From positions 558,262 through 622,261 of the forward strand of contig CAVUYZ010000003.1 of assembly GCA_963745865.1 (NCBI GenBank): DNA of 64,000 nt. Direction: 5' to 3'. The notes beneath the pieces were generated by a model. The model did no database searches and was not told the DNA's origin. It was given only the letters and a program-made list of their open reading frames with translations. This document shows positions 11,266 to 22,088 of the stretch, one piece after another. This DNA is from an uncultured bacterium (GTDB taxonomy: Bacteria > Actinomycetota > Acidimicrobiia > Spongiisociales > ZC4RG35). The translations under genes and the position numbers were made by a program. The number at the start of each line of letters is the position of its first letter. Positions within the stretch are counted from its first letter, which is position 1.

Positions 11266-12051
11266 TCTATCGCCTGGCCGTCCTCGGTGACCCCGTCGCC
11301 CACTCGCGCTCGCCGATGATGCACACCGCCGGCCTTCGGGCGGCTGGTCTGGATGGAAGCTACGTGGCGATCCGGTCGAGCGCCGACGAGATGACTGCGC
11401 ATGCAGATCGGGTTCGTTCTCGTGAACTGACCGGAGCAAACATCACGATGCCACACAAGCGGGTGGCCGCTTCGCTCGCCGACGAACTGACCGATCGGGC
11501 GGGACGTGCGAGGTCGGTCAACACCTGGTTCCTGAGAGGGCATCGACTGGTGGGGGACACGACCGACGTCCCGGGCATCATCGAGGCCATGCATCGTCGC
11601 GGGGTCCCGAGGGAACGCGTGCTGATTCTCGGCACAGGGGGAGCTGCCGCGGCAGCGCTGGTCGCCCTCGACGACTCGGAGGTCTTCGTCTCCGGGCGGT
11701 CAGCGGAGCGAACAGAGGCGCTGATTCGGTCCGTCGATGTGGATGCGACCGTTGTCGGATGGGGTGTTCCCGTCGAGGCGGCGACCGTGGTGAATGCAAC
11801 CCCCATCGGAATGCGCGGCGAGGAGCTCCCCGAAACCGGTTGTCGGGTCAGCGATAGGCATGTTCGACATGGTGTACGGCGACGAAGAATCCCCGGCCAT
11901 GGCTCGTGCCCGCTCGACGCTGGGGATACCTGCCGCCGATGGGATCGATCTGCTCGCCGCCCAGGCCGAGCTCAGTTTCGAGCTGTGGACAGGCAGGAGA
12001 CCTCCGCCCGGTCTGTTCGAGGATGTCGCGAGAAACATCTCAAGCCGGTGA
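11262..12051 (+). CDS. aroE: Shikimate dehydrogenase; +1 indel at about 11833
   Basis: LGDPVAHSRSP.MH, GANITMPHK, SVNT, GTGGAA, NATPIG, then DMVY and DGIDLLAAQA in the next frame. Confidence 0.93.
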
Positions 12052-12097
12052 GGTCGACGCCCGATTCAGTGACTGTCCGAGGAACAGGAGTTGGACC

Positions 12098-13314
12098 ATG
12101 TCCCTGACAGGGAATCTAGAGATCTTCCCGATGCCGGAAGTTCTCAGACTGCTAACACGATCGAAGAAGACCGGGTGCCTGCGGGTGGACAATGGTGTCC
12201 TCGACGGGCGCGTGTATCTGGAGGGCGGAGCGATCAGCTTCGCCAACACCGAGGACGACGAGAAGGTTCGTCGGGCACTCGTGAGTGCGGGTCTCGTGAG
12301 TGAGGACGCGATACACGACATCATCGGCACCGACACCCCCATCGTGGATCGGCTCGCAGACGGCGTCGATCCGGCTGCTGTCACCGATTTCGTTCGGGAA
12401 CTCGTTGTCGAGAGCCTGTACCGGATCCGCAAGCCGGGACACGGAGACTTCGAATTCGCAGTCGATGTCTCACCATTCGTCCGCACCGGTCAGCAGTTCG
12501 ACACAGAGGTCGCGGTCACCGAATCAGATCGTCGAGCCTCCGAGTGGGACGACGTGTTGTCGGTGGTAGATGATCTCGACGCACCGATCAGGATGGTTCG
12601 GAGGCTGCCCGACGAGAACAGTGTCACGATCGTGTCGGGGACCTGGAAAGTCCTCGCCAGCCTCGAGGGTGGGACATCGATCCGGCAACTGGCCGATCGC
12701 ACCGGTCTCAGTGAGTTCCGGGCCGCTCGCGAGCTGAGCGGTCTGATCCGTGGCGATCTCGTCGAACTCGTCCCCGGACAAGTCCGGGTGGACGATGGCT
12801 ACCGAGCGCCGGTGATCGAGCGCACGCCGGTGGTCGATTCCAGCCAGCCCGAGACCGTCGAAGCCGTCGTCGAAGCCGATGACACCGATCTGCCGTCCTG
12901 GGGCGAGTCTGGATGGGAGACTCCCGGTAGTGCGCCGGAGGAGTCCGCTTCAGCCGGAACCCGAAGAATCGGCAGAGTGGTTCGGGCATGACCGCAGAAA
13001 CCGATTCATGGGCACCCGCGGAGATCGACGCATCCACGGAAGAATCCACCGACGATGCCGCCGAGACGGAATCGGACGGCGGATGGTGGGCCACAGCGGT
13101 CGCTGAGTCGGACGAAGAGTCAGCAGAGTCGGACACCGATGACTCCGACGACGCCGATGACACCGACAGCTTCCTCGAGAGCGTCTTCTCACAGTTGAAC
13201 GACGTGCCTGAAGGCGAAGCCGATGGCGAGGACGACGACGAGACCGGGTTCTCGATGGGTCTGCTGCGGCGTCGTCGCATGGGCACGGCAGCCCGCGATC
13301 TCACCAACGACTGA
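12098..13314 (+). CDS. DUF4388 (PatA-N-like) domain protein with an acidic disordered tail; two probable +1 indels at about 12945-12990
   Basis: MSLTGNLEIFPMPEVLRLLTRSKKTGCLRV...G.VYL.GG.I.FA N-terminus. The acidic tail continues through frames of ORFs 12879 and 12988. Confidence 0.75.
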
Positions 13315-13338
13315 GCAGCACCCTGCTCCCGGACATTG

Positions 13339-13369
13339 GAGGCACCCCGGCCGACGGCCGGGGTGCCTC
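13339..13369 (+). terminator. GC-rich hairpin after the DUF4388 gene
   Basis: Perfect 14-bp stem GAGGCACCCCGGCC / GGCCGGGGTGCCTC with a 3-nt loop. Confidence 0.7.
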
Positions 13370-13423
13370 TTACGTGCAGCGAGGCGCGTCGGCGCGCCTC
13401 GCGCGAACTAGGTTGCCGCGTCG

Positions 13424-14160
13424 ATGACGATCCTCCTCGCCCTCTCCGTGATCCTCGGGTTTGCCGTCGGTCCGATCCTCCATCAGGTTGCGTACGCAAC
13501 CAGCTCGCGGGTTCCGATCGCTACGCCGTTCGGGACGTGTCGGGTATGCGACGCCGTGCGTCGGTCTCCCGTACGTGGCCTGCCCGAACGGTCACGCCGG
13601 TCAGCGGAGGGAGCTCATCTGGTCGGCTGCGTACGTGGGAGTCTTCGTCGGCACCACACTTCACGTCGGTGCCGTCCAGTGAGTTGACGGCCTACCTGGT
13701 GTTCGCCGCTGTCACGCTGACTCTGGTGATCACCGATTTCGATGAGAAGCTGATTCCGAACAAGGTCCTCTTCCCCGGAGGAGCGATCGCGATCGTCCTC
13801 CTCGTGATCGAGGCCGTCGTGAGCGAGCGGACCGATCGGCTCGTTCCGTCGCTGGCTGCGGCGGCGTTGTATTACGGCATCTTCTTCCTCGTGCATTCGC
13901 TCAATCGGCAGGGATTCGGCTTCGGCGACGTGAAGTTGGCCTTTCTGCTGGGCTTCTTCACGATGTTCGACTCGCTGCGGATCTTCCTACTCTCGGTGTT
14001 CTTCACAGGAGTGATCGGTGGCCTTCCGGCCCTGTTTCTCCTTCTCACCCGTCGCGTCGGACCGAAGTACGCGATCCCGTATGGTCCGGCGATGGTGTTC
14101 GGTGCGTGGCTGGCGATCGTGGCGGGCGAACCGTTCTTGACTTGGTACCTGGCTCGGTAA
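13424..14160 (+). CDS. Prepilin peptidase (A24); two +1 indels between about 13550 and 13680
   Basis: CxxC (CRVC) then CPNG zinc motif, ITDFDEKLIPN and GFGFGDVKL catalytic Asp motifs, YAIPYGPAM. Confidence 0.85.
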
Positions 14161-14170
14161 CCTCGCTTCG

Positions 14171-15325
14171 ATGTTTCGATATCTCACTGCAGGTGAGTCC
14201 CACGGACCGGCACTCGTCTCGGTCGTCGAGGGATTGCCGGCCGGACTGACCGTCGACCGCGACGACCTCGGCACCGAACTGGCGCGCCGTCGTCTCGGCT
14301 TTGGACGCGGGGGCCGGATGAAGCTCGAACGCGACGAGCTCGAGTTTCTCGGAGGCGTGCGACACGGGGTCAGCATCGGCTCACCGATCGCCATCGTCGT
14401 TCGCAACACCGAGTTCGAAGAAAAGTGGTCTGAGGAGATGAACCCGTACGAAGGGGCGCCGATCAAGCCGTTGACGACTCCGCGACCGGGACATGCCGAC
14501 CTGGTCGGCATGATGAAGTACGACGTCAAGGACGCCAGGAACATCCTCGAGCGAGCCTCGGCACGGGAGACGGCAGCTCGGACCGTGGTCGGGTATCTCG
14601 CCAAGTCGTTCCTGTCTGAGCTCGGTGTTTCGGTGATCAGCCATGTGGTTGAGATCGGAGGGGTTCGTTCCGACGATCTCCCGGTCCCCGGCCCCGACGA
14701 TCTCGAGCGGATCGACGCCTCACCGGTCCGGGTATTCGATGCCGATCTCGAACAGCGGATGATCGAGGAGATCGAGCGTGCCCGCGCAGATCGCGACACT
14801 CTCGGTGGTGTCGTGGAGGTCGTTGCCCATGGACTCGTCCCCGGCATCGGTAGTCATGTTCACGGCGACCGCCGACTCGACGCACGCCTGGCCGAGGCGC
14901 TGATGTCGATCCAGGCGATGAAGGGCGTCGAGGTGGGTGACGGTTTCGAGACGGCACGCCGCCGCGGGTCTGCCGCTCATGACGAGATCTTCATGGGCGA
15001 TGGCGGCTTCGAGCGCCGGACCAATCGCGCCGGCGGAACCGAGGGTGGAATGACGATCGGCGACCCGCTTCGGGTCAGGGTCGCCATGAAGCCGATCTCC
15101 ACCGTCCCCAAATCGCTCCAGACGGTCGATGTGTCGTCCAAGCAGACAGAACGCGCCTTCTATGAGCGGTCGGACGTCGTCGCCGTTCCGGCTGCGGGGG
15201 TCGTCGCCGAGCAGATGGTTGCGATCGTGCTGGTTCAGGAGATCCAGCGAAAGTTCGGCGGCGACACCATCGGGGACGTGCGCGAGGCCTGGGAGCGGTA
15301 TCGGGACCGCATCTCCCGCTTCTGA
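14171..15325 (+). CDS. aroC: Chorismate synthase
   Basis: TAGESHGP, RPGHAD, ERASARETAAR, DTLGG, AMKPIST, ERSDV. Confidence 0.97.
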   Translation: MFRYLTAGESHGPALVSVVEGLPAGLTVDRDDLGTELARRRLGFGRGGRMKLERDELEFLGGVRHGVSIGSPIAIVVRNTEFEEKWSEEMNPYEGAPIKPLTTPRPGHADLVGMMKYDVKDARNILERASARETAARTVVGYLAKSFLSELGVSVISHVVEIGGVRSDDLPVPGPDDLERIDASPVRVFDADLEQRMIEEIERARADRDTLGGVVEVVAHGLVPGIGSHVHGDRRLDARLAEALMSIQAMKGVEVGDGFETARRRGSAAHDEIFMGDGGFERRTNRAGGTEGGMTIGDPLRVRVAMKPISTVPKSLQTVDVSSKQTERAFYERSDVVAVPAAGVVAEQMVAIVLVQEIQRKFGGDTIGDVREAWERYRDRISRF

Positions 15326-15831
15326 TGGAGCGTATGTGGCTGATCGGAATGATGGGCTCAGGAAAGTCGACGGTGGGACACGAGGCCGCCGACCGGGTCG
15401 GTGAGCCGTTCCATGACACCGACCTGATCGTGAGCGATCGCTCCGGAATGCCGATCCCGATGTTGTTCGAGACGATCGGAGTGGCGGCGTTCCGCGATCT
15501 CGAGCGGCAAGCGGTCGAGACGGTCGCCACCGCGCGCGGCATCATCGCGACCGGAGGGGGAGTGGTGCTCGATCCGCAGTTGCGCGATCTGATGTCGAGA
15601 ACCGGCACGGTCGTCCATCTCGCTGCCCCACTGGAGGTCCTCGCCACGCGGCTGGGCGCTGGATTCGGTCGTCCGCTCATCGAGGGAGGCGACACGCTAC
15701 GCACGCTGTCCGCCATCGCTGCAGAACGCGAGCACCTGTACTCCTCGATCGCCGATGTGTCCATCGAGACCGGGGAACTCGACCGTGGCGCAGTCGTCGA
15801 CATGCTGGAGATGCTGTGGAACAGGTCCTGA
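15325..15831 (+). CDS. aroK: Shikimate kinase
   Basis: GMMGSGKST, FRDLE, ATGGGVV, (G)RPL. Confidence 0.95.
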   Translation: MERMWLIGMMGSGKSTVGHEAADRVGEPFHDTDLIVSDRSGMPIPMLFETIGVAAFRDLERQAVETVATARGIIATGGGVVLDPQLRDLMSRTGTVVHLAAPLEVLATRLGAGFGRPLIEGGDTLRTLSAIAAEREHLYSSIADVSIETGELDRGAVVDMLEMLWNRS

Positions 15832-16835
15832 TCTCGGATCACAGCGAAGTCCAGGTCGGGAGAGGGCTCGAGCTCGCGCTTCCCGAGCGACCGGAGCGTG
15901 AGCTGGTGGCCGTCCTCTCCCAACCGGGCGTTCCTCCAGGAATCCTCGAGCGGTTCCAGTCGGACGCGGGCGATGTCCGCATCGAGCACATCGAGCTTCC
16001 CGATCGGGAAGCTGCCAAGGAGCTCGACGCGATCGGCACGATCTACGACAGACTGGCCGAGGTGAACCTCGGCCGAGGAGACACCGTCGTCGGGATCGGG
16101 GGTGGAGCAGCAACCGATGTCGCCGGATTTGTCGCAGCCACCTGGCTGCGAGGCGTCGAATCGGTCCTCGTCCCGACGACGCTGCTCGGCGCCGTCGACG
16201 CCTCGATCGGCGGCAAGACCGGTATCAACCGCAACGGCAAGAACCTGGTGGGGGCGTTCTGGCATCCCACCCGGGTCATCGTCGACCTCGACGTGATGGA
16301 CTCACTTCCCGACGACCTCCGGCTGGAGGGCAGCGCGGAGATCGTCAAGGCCGGTCTGATCGGTGACCCGGAGATCGTCGCCGCATACGCCGCAACCGGA
16401 CTCGAGACCCCTCTCGAGTCCGTCGTCACCCGGGCGATCGCAGTCAAGGCGGGTGTGGTGTCTCGCGATTTTCGTGAAGCGGGGGAGCGAGCGATCCTCA
16501 ACTTCGGGCACACCGTCGGACACGCCGTTGAGATCCAGACAGGCCTGGCCCATGGGTTCGCAGTAGCTATTGGCATGGTGGCCGCCGGTGTCGTCTCATC
16601 GAGGCGACACGGATTCGAATCCGACTGGCTCACGGAGCTTCTGTTCTCGATGGGGCTGCCAGTGGCGGCGGCGGGGGTGTCGGCATCGGCAGCTCGAGAC
16701 CTCATCGCGAGGGACAAGAAGCGCACCAGCGAAGGCATCAGAATGGTGCTGCTGCGCTCGGTGGGCGACCCGGTGGTCGACGTCGTCGACTCCCGCGACC
16801 TCGATGCTGCCCTGGAGGCCATCGGGGCAACCTGA
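15816..16835 (+). CDS. aroB: 3-dehydroquinate synthase
   Basis: GGGAATDVAGFVAATWLRGV, DASIGGKTGIN, KNLVGAFWHP, LNFGHTVGHA. Confidence 0.96.
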   Translation: MEQVLISDHSEVQVGRGLELALPERPERELVAVLSQPGVPPGILERFQSDAGDVRIEHIELPDREAAKELDAIGTIYDRLAEVNLGRGDTVVGIGGGAATDVAGFVAATWLRGVESVLVPTTLLGAVDASIGGKTGINRNGKNLVGAFWHPTRVIVDLDVMDSLPDDLRLEGSAEIVKAGLIGDPEIVAAYAATGLETPLESVVTRAIAVKAGVVSRDFREAGERAILNFGHTVGHAVEIQTGLAHGFAVAIGMVAAGVVSSRRHGFESDWLTELLFSMGLPVAAAGVSASAARDLIARDKKRTSEGIRMVLLRSVGDPVVDVVDSRDLDAALEAIGAT

Positions 16836-16886
16836 GTTGACCTGTACCCTGTCGGCAACAGCGGAACGAACACAGGACGCAACGAC

Positions 16887-17444
16887 ATGGTCTCAACCAA
16901 CGACGCCCGCCAAGGCATGGCGCTCGACCTTCCCGAAGGTCTCTTCTCGATCGTCACGTCGGAGCACGTCAAGCCGGGGAAGGGCAGGGCATTCGTCCGG
17001 ATGAAGCTCAAGAACGTCGAGACCGGTCAGGTGATCGACAAGACCTTCCGGGCCGGAGAGGACGTCCCGCAGGCGATCATCGATCGGCGGGATCATCAAT
17101 TCCTCTACTCCGACGACCTCGGCTACCACTTCATGAACCTCGACGACTACAGCCAGATCGCCCTCACCGCCGAGGATGTGGGCGAGGCTGCCCCGTTCCT
17201 ACTCGAAGGTGCGACGGTCTCCATCTCCTCCTATCAGAGCACTCCGATCGGCGTTGACCTTCCTGCCGCGGTCGAACTCGAAGTGACCTACGCCGAGCCG
17301 GCCGTCAAGGGGAACACCGTCTCGGGCGCCACCAAGCCCGTGACCACCCAGACCGGCCTCGAAGTGCAGGTTCCACTGTTCGTCGAGACCGGCGATGTGA
17401 TCAAGGTCGACACCCGTACCGGCGAATACCTGACCCGGGCGTGA
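16887..17444 (+). CDS. efp: Elongation factor P
   Basis: HVKPGKG, KGNTVSGATKP, VPLFVETGDVIKVDTRTGEY. Confidence 0.97.
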   Translation: MVSTNDARQGMALDLPEGLFSIVTSEHVKPGKGRAFVRMKLKNVETGQVIDKTFRAGEDVPQAIIDRRDHQFLYSDDLGYHFMNLDDYSQIALTAEDVGEAAPFLLEGATVSISSYQSTPIGVDLPAAVELEVTYAEPAVKGNTVSGATKPVTTQTGLEVQVPLFVETGDVIKVDTRTGEYLTRA

Positions 17445-17824
17445 CGGTCATCGACCCAGAACTGTCGAACGAGCCCAGGGAGCAGGCGTTTGCGGCCGTG
17501 TACCGAGCCGATCAGATGCACGAGACTGACGCCCCGGGCCTCACCGGTCGAGCCGAGCGACTCGCACTCGGGACGCTCGGGCATCTCGAAGAGCTGGACG
17601 CTGCGATCAACGATGTCTCGGATCATTGGCGCGTCGACCGGATGCCGGCCGTCGATCGCGCGCTCCTGAGACTCGCCGTCTACGAGTTGCAGTTCGAGCC
17701 GCAGACGCCGGTCGCCGTGATTCTGTCGGAGTCGGTGCGTATCGCCAAGGAATACTCCACCCAAGCGAGTGGACGCTTCGTCAACGGGGTGCTGGCCACT
17801 CTCGCGGCCCGCCTGCGCGAGTGA
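17441..17824 (+). CDS. nusB: Transcription antitermination factor NusB
   Basis: WRVDRMPAVDRALLRLAVYEL, AKEYST..SGRFVNGVL; follows efp. Confidence 0.93.
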   Translation: MTVIDPELSNEPREQAFAAVYRADQMHETDAPGLTGRAERLALGTLGHLEELDAAINDVSDHWRVDRMPAVDRALLRLAVYELQFEPQTPVAVILSESVRIAKEYSTQASGRFVNGVLATLAARLRE

Positions 17825-17914
17825 GCGCCTGGGTCGGCGTCGGGTTCCCAACGACCGGGAGAGAGCGTCTTCGTCGACTACTGCAAGACGCACAGCCTCG
17901 GTACCCTTCCACGC

Positions 17915-18958
17915 ATGGTTGATCGAGTTCTCGTCGCTGAACCGCGCGGCTTCTGCGCCGGCGTGGAGATGGCGATCAAATCGCTGACCTGGATGGTGCG
18001 GATCTTCAGTGGACCGGTCTACTGCTACCACGAGATCGTTCACAACGAGTGGGTCGTGAAAGCATTCGAGCGAGTCGGCGTCGTGTTCGTGGACGACATC
18101 TCCGAAGTTCCGGAAGGGCGCGCCGGTCATGCTCTCTGCCCATGGTTCTTCCCCAGCGGTGGTGGCGGGTGCGGCCGATCGGGCAGCCGTCGTGATCGAC
18201 GCCGTCTGCCCGCTCGTCACCAAGGTTCACCACGAGGTGAAGCGTATGGCCGACAAGGGATTCGACATCCTCTACATCGGGCATGAGGGTCACGACGAGG
18301 CGATGGGGACCGTCGCCGAGGCACCGGATTCGATCACCTTGATCGAACCCGAGCGCGGCCTCGGAGAGTTTGCAGCCAGGGACCCCGAGAAGGTCGCTCT
18401 GCTCGCCCAAACCACCCTCGGGACTGTACGAATGGCAAGAGGTGATGCAGTTCGGCCGAAGAGCGGTACCCGGATCTGTGGACGGCTCGGAAGAGCGACC
18501 TCTGCTACGCAACCACCAACCGGCAATCGGCGGTTCAGGCACTCGTGAAGGAAGCAGAGTTGATTCTCGTGGTCGGTTCCGACAACTCCTCAAACACCCA
18601 GGCGCTCGTTCGCGTGGCGAAAGAGAACGGGGTCGAGGCTCATCGGATCGATCAAGCCGATGAGATCCAGCAGTCATGGCTCGACGGTGTCACGGTGGTC
18701 GGTCTCACGGCAGGCGCCTCCGCCCCCGACCACCTGGTCCAGGCCGTGATCGAACGCGTCGACCCCAAGCTCGGATTCGAGTTGTTCTCCGTCACCCAGG
18801 AAGAGGAGTACTTCCCGCTTCCCCCGCAACTCAGGAACTTCGTCTCGGTTCTCCAGATGCTGGTCGAAGCCTCCGTCACGGCGAGGCCGCCGACGGCAGC
18901 AGGATGGCTCGAGACCGATCGCGACTGGACCGCCACCGAGGCGCTCGAACTCCTGTAG
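17915..18958 (+). CDS. ispH: 4-hydroxy-3-methylbut-2-enyl diphosphate reductase; three +1 indels (about 18117, 18421, 18453)
   Basis: PRGFCAGV, HEIVHN, SAHG, DAVCPLV.KVH, IGHEGHDE, DLCYATTNRQ, VGSDNSSN, GLTAGASAP. Confidence 0.95.
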
Positions 18959-19049
18959 CAAACCTGGGTTGGGTCCGGCTGATTGCGCTGCGCGTGAGTC
19001 GCAGGCGGGCGTCCATCTCGGGCCTCTCCCGACGGAAGTGCGGCAGTTG

Positions 19050-19379
19050 TCAGTCGGAGGACTCGGGTTCGACGACGACGGCGGTTCCATAGGCGAGCAA
19101 CTCGGCGGCACCACTCATCACCATCGAGGTCGAAAAACGGATTTCGATCACGGCGTTGGCACCGAGGTCAGTGGCTTCCTCGACCATTCGATCGATCGCT
19201 TGCTCGCGGGCCTCACCCAACAGTTTGGTGTACTCGGAGATCTCACCGCCAACGATGTTTCGGAAGGCGGCGCCGATGTCGCGGCCCAGATGGCGGGCAC
19301 GGATGGTGTTGCCACGCACCAGGCCGATGGTCTTGGCTATGCGGTGGCCTGCCACCGTTGCGGTCGTCGAGACGATCAT
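19050..19379 (-). CDS. YbjQ/UPF0145 family protein
   Basis: GNTIRARHLGRDIGA..RNIVGGE, LGANAVI, ELLAYGTAV. Confidence 0.92.
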   Translation of the reverse strand: MIVSTTATVAGHRIAKTIGLVRGNTIRARHLGRDIGAAFRNIVGGEISEYTKLLGEAREQAIDRMVEEATDLGANAVIEIRFSTSMVMSGAAELLAYGTAVVVEPESSD

Positions 19380-19812
19380 TTCTGCACGCTCCTGTATTTG
19401 TCGGTCGATCGGGCTTTGAGTTGGTCGCTGAGCACCGCCACGAAGAGGAGTCCCAGTCCGAGAAGTCCCCCGAACGCGATGACCGCCTCCCAGGCGCTGT
19501 CGGTGTCACGGGCGGCCCGCCACAGGGCATACGCCACCGTCATCACCAGCCAGATCCCGCGATCAGCCAGCCTGCGCGCTGGGCCAGTCGGGAGCCTGTG
19601 CTCCGTGGCGTCTCGTCCCATTGCAGGTCCTCGGGGACCTCGAACCGTGTTCCCATTGCTGCCTCCTTGATCGTCCGGAGCTCCTCGGCGGTGGTTCGAC
19701 ACCGTTCACAGGTCTCGAGATGGACCCGCACCGCCTGTTCGGAGCCCTGGGTGAGTTCCCCGTCGAGGTATCCGGAAATGAGTGTGTCGTCGAATGTGTG
19801 TTCGTCATTCAT
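19376..19812 (-). CDS. zf-HC2 (ZAS) anti-sigma factor with two TM helices; -1 indel at about 19558
   Basis: LISGYLDGEL...HLETCERC (HxxxCxxC). TM segments continue in the frame of ORF 19376..19702. Confidence 0.85.
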
Positions 19813-20443
19813 GCTTGCTCCCCCCGTGGTCGATCCGGTTGACGGCGTCGACATCCGTCAGCACCTCGCGGAGACGCTTCCGCGCCGCATGCAGGCGCGA
19901 CATCACGGTCCCGTGTGGGATCCCAAGCACTTCAGCGATCTCGCGATATGACAAGTCCTGGTATTCGCGAAGCACGAGGACCTCGCGATGGTCGGGTGTC
20001 AGCGAGTCGAGTTTGCGCCAGATGCGTTGCTGGAGGTCGGCACGGACGGCGTCAGCGGCAGGATCGACACGGTCGTCTCGGGTCTCGGGTCGTTCGCGGC
20101 CCGACGGGTCCTCGAGCGGTTCGTGCCGGCGAATCCGATCGCGGCGCATCACGTCACGGGTGCGATTTCGAACGATCTGGAACAGCCAGGCATCAAGCGA
20201 TCGGGACTGCTCGAATCGGTCCAGATGGGCGAAGAAGCGCATGACGGAGTCCTGGGCGATGTCGTGGGACAGATCGCGTCTGCCCGTGAGCTGGACTGCG
20301 AACACATAGCTGGCGTTCCGAGCCCGACGGGCCAACCGCTCGCGTGCGTCGACGTCGCCTCGGATTGCGCGGGCCACCAGGGCGCCGTCTGACACACCGG
20401 GTTGTGCGTCCATCTGCATCGGGACCATACCTCTCATACGCAT
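19805..20443 (-). CDS. ECF-family RNA polymerase sigma factor (exact start uncertain)
   Basis: [51 protein letters not shown]. Confidence 0.93.
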   Translation of the reverse strand: MRMRGMVPMQMDAQPGVSDGALVARAIRGDVDARERLARRARNASYVFAVQLTGRRDLSHDIAQDSVMRFFAHLDRFEQSRSLDAWLFQIVRNRTRDVMRRDRIRRHEPLEDPSGRERPETRDDRVDPAADAVRADLQQRIWRKLDSLTPDHREVLVLREYQDLSYREIAEVLGIPHGTVMSRLHAARKRLREVLTDVDAVNRIDHGGSKHE

Positions 20444-20608
20444 CAGCTCTCGGTTCTATTCATAGCAATACCTCAAATTGTCGATGGAAGAGCGTCCGCA
20501 CCGATGCCATCTCGACGAACGAACCGTGGCCGGTCCTCGTCTCCATGGCCCGCCATCCGCTCCCCGTCACTTCGAAGCTGTTCCCGGATGACCTGTACCC
20601 TCTCGGGA

Positions 20609-21926
20609 ATGACCCCCATTGTTGCTGTCGTCGGGCGCCCGAACGTCGGGAAGTCCACACTCGTGAACCGCATCGTCGGTGGCCGCCAAGCGGTCGTCGA
20701 AGAGATGCCGGGCGTCACGCGTGATCGTCGCGAATTTCGAGCAGATTGGGCGGGGCGCGATTTCATTCTCATCGACACCGGAGGCTGGGAGCTCAAGCCA
20801 GGGGAGCCGATCGTCTCGGAGATCCGACAGCAGGCCGAGGCGGCCCTCGCATCCGCAGACGTGATCCTCTTCGTCACCGACGCGACCGCAGGCGTCTCCG
20901 ATGACGACAACGGCGTGATCCGCCTCCTCAGATCCACCGATGCGCCGATCGTGTTCGCAGCCAACAAAGTGGACGACGCTTCGAAGCAGTTCCTTCTCGA
21001 CGATCTCTGGTCGGTCGGGATCGGCGAGCCGCTGGGGGTTTCGGCGTTCCATGGTCGTGGAGTCGGCGACCTCCTCGACCGGCTCGTCGATGTCCTCCCC
21101 GAGGAGTCGGAGTCCCATATCGAGGACACCCTTCCTCGGTTGGCCATCATCGGTCGGCCGAACGTCGGTAAGTCGACGCTGTTGAACCATTTGATGGGGG
21201 AGAACCGGGTCATCGTCTCCGACCGCCCCGGGACGACACGTGACCCGATCGACGCAGTCGTGCGGCTCGGGGAGACCGACTATCGGATCATCGACACCGC
21301 CGGGATCAGGCGAAAGCCCAAGATCCACGAGGATGCCGACTTTCTACGCCGTGCTGCGGGCTCGCGAAGTACTGAAATCAGCTGACGTCGCGTTGCTGGT
21401 CGTCGATGCCATCGACGGCGTCACCCATCAGGATCAGCGCATCGCCGCCGAAGTCGTCGAGGCGGGTGCATCGCTGGTGATCCTCCTCAACAAGTGGGAT
21501 GTCATCGACGACGAGGAACGCCGGATCATGGAAGGCTCTCTCATCGATCGGTTCGGGTTCGTCTCATGGGCACCCGTGGTGAGAATGTCCGCCAAGACCG
21601 GAGCCAGGACCAAGCGGATCGAGCCGGCGATCTCCTACGTGCTCGAAACGCGGCAGAACCGGATCACGACTGGAGAGCTCAATCGACTGGTGCGGAGCTG
21701 GACCGACGCCCATCCGGCGCCCGTCAGGAAGGGTCGCCGGCCACGGATTCTGTACGCGGTCCAGGGAGACACCGCTCCGCCGACGTTCATCCTGTTCGTC
21801 AGCGGTGGCGATGTCGGTGACGACTATCTCCGGTTTCTCGAGGGCCGGCTCCGCGAAGCCGAGGACTTCACTGGCGCTCCGATTCGGGTCATCCCACGCC
21901 GTCGGGAACGCGTGCGAGAGGACTGA
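20609..21926 (+). CDS. der: Ribosome biogenesis GTPase Der; +1 indel at about 21342
   Basis: Two [10 protein letters not shown]-loops, GVTRD/GTTRD, DTGG/DTAG, NKVD/NKWD and a KH-like C-terminus. Confidence 0.96.
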
Positions 21927-21932
21927 CGCGAC

Positions 21933-22088
21933 ATGTCGTCCGATTCTCCGTTTCTGCCCGACGAGGAGAGCGAACCGCAGGACCTTCCGACACCGTGGGG
22001 GTTTCGATTCACACTGGTGGCGGTCGGCATCTATCTCCTCTACCGGGTCGGTCAGGGAGTGGTCTGGGTGATCGAGCAGCTGCTGTGA
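21933..22088 (+). CDS. Small single-TM hypothetical protein, 51 aa (below the ORF-track cutoff)
   Basis: MSSDSPFLPDEESEPQDLPTPWGFRFTLVAVGIYLLYRVGQGVVWVIEQLL*; starts 7 nt after der. Confidence 0.6.
   Translation: MSSDSPFLPDEESEPQDLPTPWGFRFTLVAVGIYLLYRVGQGVVWVIEQLL

Noticed and set aside
12988-13314. Separate 108-aa acidic gene (ATGA overlap)
   Set aside because: The intervening frame encodes matching acidic sequence (QPEPEESAEWFG), consistent with two +1 errors in one DUF4388 gene. A real split is not fully excluded.
3678-21926. Programmed ribosomal frameshifting or pseudogenisation of aspS, alaS, ispH and der
   Set aside because: No consistent slippery sites or stimulatory structures, too many events, and essential genes are affected. 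Sequencing error is simpler.
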